In this document: piece by piece, positions 21,599-29,374 of the stretch
Numbering within the stretch: position 1 is the first letter of the stretch
How the letters are laid out: the number at the start of each line of letters is the position of its first letter
Origin: Fermentimonas sp.
GTDB lineage: Bacteria > Bacteroidota > Bacteroidia > Bacteroidales > Dysgonomonadaceae
Assembly: GCA_041859795.1 (NCBI GenBank)
Contig: JBFLFV010000010.1
Span: forward strand, 19,648-83,647
Length of the DNA stretch: 64,000 bases
Reading direction: 5' to 3'
The notes under the pieces: model-generated
The model's database searches: none
Told to the model about the DNA's origin: nothing
What the model saw: only the letters and a program-made list of their open reading frames with translations
Position numbers and translations under genes: made by a program

Positions 21599-22510
21599 CT
21601 ATAATTTTTCGTGATAAACCTTGTATTGTTCAGAAGCAATCTCCTTGAACACGTCACGCAGCCACTTGGGTTCCAGCACCTCTATATCAGCTCCATACGA
21701 TAACAATTCCTGTCGGAAATCAAAGGTAGGCTTGATATAAAAACGGAGTATAGTATAATCCGAAGTAACCTCCTCTTCCTCTTGTGAGGAGTGCAAAGGT
21801 AATGATTTAAAATATCGGTCTTGGCTCCTACCCACTTTAACTCGAACTCTCTCGGCACCTATCTCGTCATCGACAATAATTCCGTAACTATTGGCAAAGA
21901 AGGATTCCCCGTCGAAATCATCCGGTAAATGGAAGCTGTTTCCGGTGATCTGTGTGTTTTTAATCCGATCCAGCCCGTAAATAAGGATACGTTCTTTGTA
22001 GGGACTAAAGGCGATGACATACCATCGTTGCTTGAATATTTTCAGGCAATAGGGATGCACCTCGAACGTGGAAGGAGAATCATTCCAGAAGCTTTGATAC
22101 GTAATTTCCAGAGACAAGCCATCTCTCATAGCCTCAATAATGGGAGTAAGATGCATCTGTCCGGAAGGTATATTCTCGAACAGGATACGTTGTTTGAGCC
22201 GATGGCTTTCATTGATCAGATTATTGACGGCAAACGTGTTCAATAGCCAACTTCGCACACCTCCCCGCTCCATATCCTCTGCATTTTCGATATAGTATCG
22301 ATAACCGTCCCACTTATCGCATTCTATATTGATATCGAACATCTGTTCAATCGCTTTACGATGATTATGGAATGTTCTCAAAGGAATATCGTCGCCCGTA
22401 AGGTTAAGCGAAGACCGTAGCCAATAGTCGTTGATCTCCTCGAAGGTGATTCTTTCCCTCCGGTAGATAATGTCCACCAACCACACGTAGCGGTTAAACA
22501 AATTGGACAT
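21599..22510 (-). CDS. WYL-domain transcriptional regulator 1 (wHTH-WYL-WCX)
   Basis: MSNLFNRYVWLVDII, LRTFHNHR HTH, VHPYCLKIFKQRWYVIA, YGLDRI, ELLSYGADIEVLEP. The ORF track extends upstream to 22558. Confidence 0.92.
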   Translation of the reverse strand: MSNLFNRYVWLVDIIYRRERITFEEINDYWLRSSLNLTGDDIPLRTFHNHRKAIEQMFDINIECDKWDGYRYYIENAEDMERGGVRSWLLNTFAVNNLINESHRLKQRILFENIPSGQMHLTPIIEAMRDGLSLEITYQSFWNDSPSTFEVHPYCLKIFKQRWYVIAFSPYKERILIYGLDRIKNTQITGNSFHLPDDFDGESFFANSYGIIVDDEIGAERVRVKVGRSQDRYFKSLPLHSSQEEEEVTSDYTILRFYIKPTFDFRQELLSYGADIEVLEPKWLRDVFKEIASEQYKVYHEKL

Positions 22511-22563
22511 GCTCTCTTTATTGCTATTTCTTTTTTGCATATCAATTATAAACAACACTACAC

Positions 22564-22582
22564 TACGCCAAATAATGGCGCA
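22564..22582. promoter_or_regulatory. Candidate WYL1 operator TACGCC-N7-GGCGCA
   Basis: CGCCA AATAA TGGCG inverted repeat between a terminator and the WYL1 start. Confidence 0.55.
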
Positions 22583-22600
22583 TCTAAAACAAAATACAAT

Positions 22601-22626
22601 AAAACTGCCCGGAATTGGGCAGCTTT
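22601..22626 (-). terminator. Intrinsic terminator after the zinc-finger gene
   Basis: AAAACTGCCC-GGAATT-GGGCAGCTTT hairpin followed by a U-rich tract on the minus strand. Confidence 0.7.
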
Positions 22627-22642
22627 AGGCCTTACGGCAAAG

Positions 22643-22894
22643 TTATAACGCGGGGGAGTGCTTCCCTTTAGCAAACCCATTGGGATGCCTGGGGCAATTA
22701 TTCACGGTCAATGCCGGCAAATCTTTGAAAGTAAAACCGCAATACTTACACGTGTATTTACTTTTCTCGCTGCCCTCGTACAACTTGTGCTTGCCTTTAC
22801 CAAGCCCGTCAGGATGTCTGGGACAATTATTCGAGGACAAACCCATGGCCGATAAAAATTTCCGACCACAATATTCACAATAATAATTTGCCAT
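22643..22894 (-). CDS. 83-aa protein with two tandem putative zinc-finger repeats
   Basis: Two repeats YxCxYCGxxFxxxxxLxxNNCPRHPxGxxKGKH. Conservation at the protein level with variable spacer residues supports coding. Confidence 0.85.
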   Translation of the reverse strand: MANYYCEYCGRKFLSAMGLSSNNCPRHPDGLGKGKHKLYEGSEKSKYTCKYCGFTFKDLPALTVNNCPRHPNGFAKGKHSPAL

Positions 22895-22928
22895 TTAAAT
22901 ATCAAATTCAAGTTTTTAATCCAAAGCT

Positions 22929-23651
22929 TCACTCCAACGACATATAGTCTTTCACTGCATTGATAATATAATCGCAATATTCTATACGGGTCTCACCTGC
23001 TCTTCTCCATCCATTATTAGGATGATAAGTATCAATCAATAACTTATTTTGGAATTGATAGACCGGGAGCCATTCCGCGATTTTTTCCTTACCCTTAAAA
23101 TAATCCGAAAAGTATCCGAATGTTCCACCAAAAATCATTACATCAGGATCAATAATCTCAATTTGCTCATGTAATAATGTTTTGTACTTATTGTAAAATC
23201 TTTTAATATCATTCATATTCGCGTTGCTTCCACCCGCGTATTTTTTCACGTTAATGTGGGCAATACAGGGCATATATTTCAATACTTCTTGGGCATTTCC
23301 ATTCATTTCTAGAATATCACTCATATTCTTATTTTCAAAAATCCCATAAGTAGCATAGGCGACCGCACGCCATGTAGGTGCCCATAAACGATCCATGACA
23401 TCGGGATTGTCATTATCATTTAATGAGGCGATATTGGGTCTCATATCAGGCAAAGAATCATCATCGCTATGCGCTTCCTTCAAAATCCAAAGAATTTTTA
23501 CCGGAGCCTCCAAATATTTCGATGCATTTACGATTCCATCACGAACAAATGACATTCTTTCTCCCGTTTCTGTATTGATTGGAAGTTCAATAGCATGTTC
23601 AAACCTTACCAGTTGTTCTTCGATTTTTTTCTCGAGCTGTTCCTGTTTCAT
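22929..23651 (-). CDS. Hypothetical protein, probable uracil-DNA-glycosylase-like fold
   Basis: KILWILKE, AHINVKK, EQIEIIDPDVMIFGGT and DTYHP resemble UDG-superfamily motifs. Confidence 0.6.
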   Translation of the reverse strand: MKQEQLEKKIEEQLVRFEHAIELPINTETGERMSFVRDGIVNASKYLEAPVKILWILKEAHSDDDSLPDMRPNIASLNDNDNPDVMDRLWAPTWRAVAYATYGIFENKNMSDILEMNGNAQEVLKYMPCIAHINVKKYAGGSNANMNDIKRFYNKYKTLLHEQIEIIDPDVMIFGGTFGYFSDYFKGKEKIAEWLPVYQFQNKLLIDTYHPNNGWRRAGETRIEYCDYIINAVKDYMSLE

Positions 23652-23750
23652 ATTTGTTCTTTTTTATTCACAATTACTTACACATTCATCACAATTCAGA
23701 TTTTTCATTTCTCCCTAAGTAATAACTTCCCATACAGAAATATCACATTT

Positions 23751-23972
23751 TTAATCCAACTGCACAAACTCAAAATCGTTCTTGTTGCAACACGCTTTCT
23801 GGTAATCAAAACGATACAATCGGAGATAGGCCTCTTTAATCTCTTTGGCTCCGTTATAAAAAGGGTCGTTAGTGTGTTGTTGGGTCGTGATCGTGACCGA
23901 CATCGACGGGGTTAAAACTGTTCCGTTTACTCTCTTAACACGCTTGGGGGTTATTCTAAATACTTTTGCCAT
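23751..23972 (-). CDS. Small hypothetical protein (DUF6140-like, from recall)
   Basis: MAKVFRITPKR...VNGTVLTPSMSVTI...DPFYNG pattern; own TATCTTTG promoter element at 24006-24013. Confidence 0.6.
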   Translation of the reverse strand: MAKVFRITPKRVKRVNGTVLTPSMSVTITTQQHTNDPFYNGAKEIKEAYLRLYRFDYQKACCNKNDFEFVQLD

Positions 23973-24075
23973 AGCAGTTTATCATGAGATTTATTAAATT
24001 TTCATCAAAGATATAGAAACAATTCCACATAACATCATTAAAATTAATATAAAATTCAATGCTTGAGAAGCATTC

Positions 24076-24765
24076 CTAATCAAAATCAGGAATCTCTTCA
24101 ATTTCCGTAAAATATTGATACTGAACATGTACTTCTGCCCACAAATTATTGATTCGCAGAATATCCGGAAAACTCCAACCGGTAGCATGATCGTATATAT
24201 TATGAATTGCTTGCGAGATATAATGATCGTCGAATAAACCTCGGAACCAATGATCTATATTCCAATTTTGCTCCCTGTTTAGCTCCAGTAGATTATCAAG
24301 ATCATTTGTATTGGAAATCGAAGCGGACATATTCCAGTCGTCCCAATTATCCATCAACACTTCTTGGATACCATCCTCTTTTTCGTAGAATTCACCGTCT
24401 TCACAAGCCTCATAGAAATAGGGCGTAACTTTTATTTCTATCTCGAAATCACGTAAAAAATCATCCTCGTTATCGATACGTTGCTGCAGTAAGGCAAGTG
24501 TTGCGGAGGCTTCCGTTTTCAGTTTTTCAAAACAGTCAATCAGCTTCCGGTTCAGAGAGAGAAAACGCTCCTTTTTTTCCGGTGTCCATTCAAAAGATTG
24601 GTTAAGTTTATATTTCCTCTCACCCAACGCTACCTCCACCTTAACCTTGTCTCCTTTCTGGTTTGCCCGAATAGCAATTTCTTCCAATCGTTCGATGGAA
24701 TAAGCCTCGAACTTGTCGCTCAGCCTTAAATACCTTTCTCGATCCTTCTTTTGCATGGTGACCAA
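24076..24765 (-). CDS. Hypothetical protein (229 aa, acidic C-terminal half)
   Basis: Long ORF co-oriented with the cluster; no recognisable motif. Confidence 0.7.
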   Translation of the reverse strand: MVTMQKKDRERYLRLSDKFEAYSIERLEEIAIRANQKGDKVKVEVALGERKYKLNQSFEWTPEKKERFLSLNRKLIDCFEKLKTEASATLALLQQRIDNEDDFLRDFEIEIKVTPYFYEACEDGEFYEKEDGIQEVLMDNWDDWNMSASISNTNDLDNLLELNREQNWNIDHWFRGLFDDHYISQAIHNIYDHATGWSFPDILRINNLWAEVHVQYQYFTEIEEIPDFD

Positions 24766-24774
24766 TCTAAATTT

Positions 24775-25476
24775 TCAACAAAAACCTATTTTTTTCTATC
24801 ATTCTTATAGAATCCCATTTTCACAATAGTACCGTATTCTTTTAAATGATGGCATTGCACCATTCAAGATTGAGTCAACGGTACATTTACGAGCTATATT
24901 TTCTATTTGACCCCCACTTAAATCTTTGGTTCCGGCTAACTCTTGACTCTCTTCTTCGGATAGTGACGTTAGCATCATTTTCCAAATACTTTCTTTAGCC
25001 TCTAAGCTGGGTTTATCAAATTCAATCTTGTACAAAAATCTCCGATCGAATGCCTTATCCACATTTCGAGTAAGGTTAGTGGTTGCAATCAAGATACCTT
25101 TCAGATTCTCTATTTCCTGCAACAGGATATTTTGAATCGTATTCTCTAATTGGTTAATATGGCTGTTTCCTACCTCCCTTCGGCTTCCAATTATCGCGTC
25201 CGCCTCATTAAAAAGTAAGATAGGAGCTACCTCTTTGGCATCAACGTGGTACCGATAGGTGTCGAAAATCTGTTTGATTCTCTTTTCACTTTCTCCATAC
25301 CACATGCTTTTTATCTCGGAGATATCCACACCGTTGTGATTGATAAATCGATGGCAAAAATAAAGCAATAAAGGAAAGATATTTTGCTCATCACACACCT
25401 CCGCGTATTTTTGAAGTTGAATACAAAAAGGTAAAGAGGGGTTGTCTTCTACCAAAGAGCGCAATTCCATTCGCAA
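24775..25476 (-). pseudogene. Decayed AAA+ ATPase paralog (Walker A deleted)
   Basis: Retains KSMWYGESEK, LLFNEADA, LIATTN and DKAFDRRF but lacks GxxGxGKT. A KKIGF tail lies beyond the in-frame stops. Confidence 0.75.
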
Positions 25477-25547
25477 CGGATCACTGGTTATCTCACTTTT
25501 CGTTCAACACGGCGGAATTTACAAAAACAGTGGAAAGAAAAATTTTC

Positions 25548-26450
25548 TTACTGATAAGATGATAATGCCGTTTCCAAAGTCTTTTTTATATCTGCAATCA
25601 AACTTTCAGGCTCAATCACTTTCACATTTTCTCCAAAAAAGAGAATTTCCATAATAAAATCATGCGTAATATAGAGTTTCAACTTTATCCGCAATTCGTC
25701 GTCGTTGTCGGTCAGCACCTCCTGCGTTTCGTGCAGCGGCAGCGATTTGATATATCTTCCTTGAAAAGGAGTGAATGAAAGGATAACATCTTCCGGCTCC
25801 TGCTCTTCGTAAGGGCTTATAACTCCAAAGCAATGACGGAAATACCCATTCAAATCAAAATCGACGGGAAAACGAAAGTGTGTTTTGCTTATTTCCAAAT
25901 TCGAGAGGCGGTCGAGTCCGAAAGTCTTTATTTTGCCGTCTTTCAAATCCTTGCCGAGGACGTACCAACGATTCCGAAATTCTTTCAGCGCATAAGGCTC
26001 GATAGTTCGGTTGCCTGTTTCTTCTTCCCAATATTTCAGGTGGTCAAAACTTATAACAAACCTGTTTTGAACGGCACGAAGCAAGCCGTACAGATTTTCA
26101 AGGCCTTGGGGTTTCCGCTTTTCGAACTGTATATGTTCCGAAACGCGGGAAGCAAGATTCATTGCGTTCAACATATCGAAAGCCTCGAAAAGGCGTTCGT
26201 TTAATTCGGTTTTTTCATCCGACACAATTCGATAGACTTTTGTCGAACGATCGTACTCAATCTCGATATTGTAGAGCGAAGCAATATCCTGCACATCACG
26301 TTGGAAGGTCCGCAGCGAAATATTAAAATTATATTCGTGTATTTCTGATTGCAATTTTAAATATGTCGCTATTTTCTCAAAATTCGAAGGCGTCTTCCGC
26401 AGTTTTTCTATGATCAAACTTTGACGGAATAATGTTTCTCTTTTGGACAT
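25548..26450 (-). CDS. WYL-domain transcriptional regulator 2 (wHTH-WYL-WCX)
   Basis: ISLRTFQRDVQDI HTH, IEPYALKEFRNRWYVLG, TFGLDR, GENVKVIEP. Start is probably MSKRE at 26450. Confidence 0.93.
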   Translation of the reverse strand: MSKRETLFRQSLIIEKLRKTPSNFEKIATYLKLQSEIHEYNFNISLRTFQRDVQDIASLYNIEIEYDRSTKVYRIVSDEKTELNERLFEAFDMLNAMNLASRVSEHIQFEKRKPQGLENLYGLLRAVQNRFVISFDHLKYWEEETGNRTIEPYALKEFRNRWYVLGKDLKDGKIKTFGLDRLSNLEISKTHFRFPVDFDLNGYFRHCFGVISPYEEQEPEDVILSFTPFQGRYIKSLPLHETQEVLTDNDDELRIKLKLYITHDFIMEILFFGENVKVIEPESLIADIKKTLETALSSYQ

Positions 26451-26478
26451 ACCGTGTTGGTTTTTAGCTATTGAAATA

Positions 26479-26520
26479 CGAAGATAAAACTTTACAGCGA
26501 TAAAACATGTCGCCGTAAAG
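26479..26520 (-). promoter_or_regulatory. WYL2 promoter -7 box and palindromic operator candidate
   Basis: TATCTTCG (-7-like, 26479-26486) and the inverted repeat CTTTACAGCGA-N9-TCGCCGTAAAG (core CGAT-N7-GTCG). Confidence 0.65.
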
Positions 26521-26528
26521 TTCATTTT

Positions 26529-28202
26529 TCAAAAACCTATCTTTTTTCTTGTTTTTAAGTTGATTTTTTCTGCATCGCAAAGTCCGCATAATTCACCAAA
26601 AGTAGGATTCTCGCCCGTTAAGATGTTATGAACAGTATATTTTCGGGTTATATTTTCAATTTGTCCTCCGCTGAAATCGTAAGTTTCCGACAGTGTTGTT
26701 AATTCCTCGTCTTTCAATTCGGGAAGCATCGTTTTCCAAATCGCCTGTTTTGCTTCAAGCGAAGGCTTTCCAAATTCTATTTTATAAATAAATCTGCGTT
26801 CAAAAGCCTTGTCTAAATTCTGTATGAGATTGGTTGTGGCGATAAGAATCCCATCTAAATTTTCCATTTCCTGCAAAATAATATTCTGAATGGAATTTTC
26901 CATTTTATCGACAGCCCTGCTTGCGCCTTCGTTGCGGATACCCAACACCGCATCAGCCTCGTTAAACAGAAGTATGGGCGCAATTTCCGATTGTCTTACA
27001 TGCTCTCGGTAAGACTCAAAAGACTCTTTGATATTCTTTTCGCTTTCTCCTACCCACATGCTTTTTATGCGTGAAACATCTATCGGAAAAATATCGCGTC
27101 CCGTTTGTCGTGCAAGCTGATATACCGTTTCAGTTTTACCAGTGCCGGGAGTGCCGTAAAATAAACAGGCAAAACCTTGTCTCATGCCATTTTCTGCAAG
27201 ACGGTTACGGATGTCGTCAAAATTTTCCTGTTTCAGCAAATTGCTTAATTGCTCAATCTGTTTTCGCTCGTTTTCGTTGTAAAACAATTTTTTATCGGCA
27301 ATCGAATCCTGTAAAATAAAATATTTTTTATTCAATGGTTTTCTCCAGTCAATATTCATCTCTGAAAGTAATTCTTTTTTTGCAAAATCAGTCAGTTTGA
27401 AACTTTCTACGTCTATAAACCCATCATTGTAGGCATTTTCTATCAATTTATAGTCAAATAAGGCATTGTATTGTTTTTGCAACGAATTATAGAGACGGCT
27501 GCCCGCATATCTTTCAAAAAAATCTTCAAAATCATAAAGACCTATATTGTCGTCTTTATCGCGCACAAAGAGCAGACAGAAACGTAGTAGCAGCAACTTG
27601 TCCATGCAACCGAGATTATACGCTTCCGTTTTTTCAACAAAAGTCAATTGAGAATTATCTTCAAACAAGGAGTCTATCTCATCTATTAAACCCATGTATG
27701 TCAATTCATTCTCTTTTCTTTCATCAAATAATTTTTCCAATTCCAGAAAAAAATCAGCAAGTGAAATATTTTTTTTATTGGCGGGTATATATTCCTTATC
27801 CTCTATAAACGAGTCGAGAACCTCTCGAGGAACACGGAAATAGGTTTGTTCGCCGTTTCGTCTGCTGCAACGAATCAAGCGTCTCTTCTCCAACACATCA
27901 ATATCACTCATATATTGTAGCAGTTTGATAGTACGGCATCCGATAGTTTTAGAAATTTCGCTGATATAAATACTATGATCCTCGCTTTTATCTATAAAAT
28001 GTGATAACAACACAACCTGCATATCATTTAGTTGTAAGCGCTTTTTAAGCAGATCGATATGCGGTTTTGCCTTTTCAAAAAACTCATTATTTAATTCTGA
28101 GTTTTCTGAAAGCTCCACTATTTTTTCAATATGAGCCAAAACACCAAGATTCATTCCGTCCGTTGCGTCAGACGCTTCTTTTGTTACGTTCAATTGTATC
28201 AT
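26529..28202 (-). CDS. AAA+ ATPase (single Cdc48/SpoVK-like module) with a ~300-aa N-terminal region
   Basis: LFYGTPGTGKT Walker A, LLFNEADA Walker B, LIATTNL sensor, LDKAFERRF arginine finger, terminal KKIGF. Confidence 0.93.
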   Translation of the reverse strand: MIQLNVTKEASDATDGMNLGVLAHIEKIVELSENSELNNEFFEKAKPHIDLLKKRLQLNDMQVVLLSHFIDKSEDHSIYISEISKTIGCRTIKLLQYMSDIDVLEKRRLIRCSRRNGEQTYFRVPREVLDSFIEDKEYIPANKKNISLADFFLELEKLFDERKENELTYMGLIDEIDSLFEDNSQLTFVEKTEAYNLGCMDKLLLLRFCLLFVRDKDDNIGLYDFEDFFERYAGSRLYNSLQKQYNALFDYKLIENAYNDGFIDVESFKLTDFAKKELLSEMNIDWRKPLNKKYFILQDSIADKKLFYNENERKQIEQLSNLLKQENFDDIRNRLAENGMRQGFACLFYGTPGTGKTETVYQLARQTGRDIFPIDVSRIKSMWVGESEKNIKESFESYREHVRQSEIAPILLFNEADAVLGIRNEGASRAVDKMENSIQNIILQEMENLDGILIATTNLIQNLDKAFERRFIYKIEFGKPSLEAKQAIWKTMLPELKDEELTTLSETYDFSGGQIENITRKYTVHNILTGENPTFGELCGLCDAEKINLKTRKKIGF

Positions 28203-28240
28203 AATTGTATTATTTTTTGTGATGATTCAACTTTTGCAAG

Positions 28241-28553
28241 CTACATAAACCCGCTTGTAGTAGGTTTTGAAATCGGCCATTGTTCCGGTGCACTAGTACC
28301 AAAACAGATTTGAGCGTTTGGTCATTCTTTTGCGGCATTTCTTGCCGTATCATTTTTACCTTATGCAGATGTTACCCCAAAAGGCTTGTTCTTTTTTTCT
28401 CTTTTTTAGCAAGCAGATTAAAATCTAAATATAATCAGCATAATGTATAACCTTGAAAACGAAAAAAGAACCAGCACAACTTTGTAATGATTGCCGTACA
28501 TTACATTGTCAGCATTAAGAAAACCGAATTTTTAATCCAAAATGTCAAAGAGC
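28241..28553 (-). ncRNA. Candidate structured leader RNA/ncRNA upstream of the AAA ATPase
   Basis: Nested stems (28384-28413 with 28452-28475, enclosing 28413-28439), hairpins at 28333-28347 and 28241-28260, boxA-like GCTCTTTGACA at 28543-28553, no credible ORF. Confidence 0.4.
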
Positions 28554-28778
28554 GTATGAAACTGAAAATTCTCTCTATGGCTTTTCACTTAAAGTAAAAA
28601 GTTGCTTACTTCTGAAAGTATTATCGCTTCTTTGTGGTGCAACATATTTTTTTGGCTTGTATTTCAAACATATAACTTCTGAATATCAGAGACTTGCCAA
28701 ATTTTAAACATTGCTTTTTTGTAGTAAAAAAGCGAGTTTTGATACCTGCGAAAGTTGAGTTATTTTTGTTTGAGAATA

Positions 28779-28819
28779 CAAAGATGGGGAGAGAGGACGA
28801 CAATCTGTGTCGCTGTAAA
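28779..28819 (-). promoter_or_regulatory. Second copy of the -7 box plus CGAC-N7-GTCG operator candidate
   Basis: CATCTTTG (28779-28786) and CGAC-AATCTGT-GTCGCTGTAAA, with the same 11-bp spacing as at 26479-26520. Confidence 0.6.
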
Positions 28820-28822
28820 TAA

Positions 28823-28850
28823 AAACTGCAACTTTTTTGAGTTGCAGTTT
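28823..28850 (-). terminator. Intrinsic terminator
   Basis: AAACTGCAACT-N6-AGTTGCAGTTT hairpin downstream of the DUF262-like remnant. Confidence 0.7.
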
Positions 28851-28935
28851 AAAGTTGTATATAATTTTCAGAATGGATGATTGTCGATGTATCTTTATCC
28901 TTTTAGTTTGAACGAATAAGGATTTGTTAAAGGTA

Positions 28936-29203
28936 TTAAATAATCTTTTTAACTTGGTCTTCTCTACTTGGTTTTTGTTGCCACGCTAATTTACAATATG
29001 ATTCATTGTTTGGAATAAGAATAAATGTTGCTCCTTCTATCAAATTATCTTTTTCAATTAATCGTTGCTTCCATTCTGGCATATCAGAAGGAATATTATA
29101 ATTAGCAATAATTTGTTGAAAACCTCCTTTGTCAACTAATTGGACAAATAAATCCATTAAATAATCTCTTTTCCAATCCTTACTTTTTGAAAACACCCTC
29201 AAA
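28936..29203 (-). pseudogene. 3' fragment of the IS21-interrupted (DUF262-like) gene
   Basis: Joins in frame to the 31894-32733 fragment when the IS21 and one TSD copy are removed (TVNDL|RVFSKSKDW). Confidence 0.8.
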
Positions 29204-29374
29204 TGTAACAAGAAATTAGAAATACAACAAAATCGGTAATCACAGTGCAACGAAAATGGAAACAAGAATACAACAAAAATGGTAACAATGATGCAGCAAA
29301 AACGGTAACAACGACACATCGTTTTTAATAAATTAATTCCACCTTTGAGTCATAATTTTTAAAGCAAAGGCATT

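Noticed and set aside
23994-24188. 64-aa ORF overlapping the 229-aa gene
   Set aside because: An alternative-frame overlap that spans the promoter of the next gene; likely spurious.
28255-28300. tRNA-like sequence (TTTCAAAACC) in the leader
   Set aside because: No T-loop GTTCRA, no D-arm and no acceptor stem found.
28621-28803. 60-aa ORF in the AAA leader
   Set aside because: It starts upstream of and overlaps the predicted promoter and operator, has low-complexity A/T composition and no motif.
29225-29316. About 23-bp tandem repeats (also 31778-31893) as a CRISPR array
   Set aside because: There are no unique spacers or cas genes. The repeats lie inside the IS21 ends in inverted orientation and are typical IS21 subterminal repeats.
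29204-29319. N-terminus of the 127-aa ORF (MCRCYRFCC...) as a Cys-rich protein
   Set aside because: It is a translation of the IS21 terminal repeats. Only the part below 29203 is real coding sequence.
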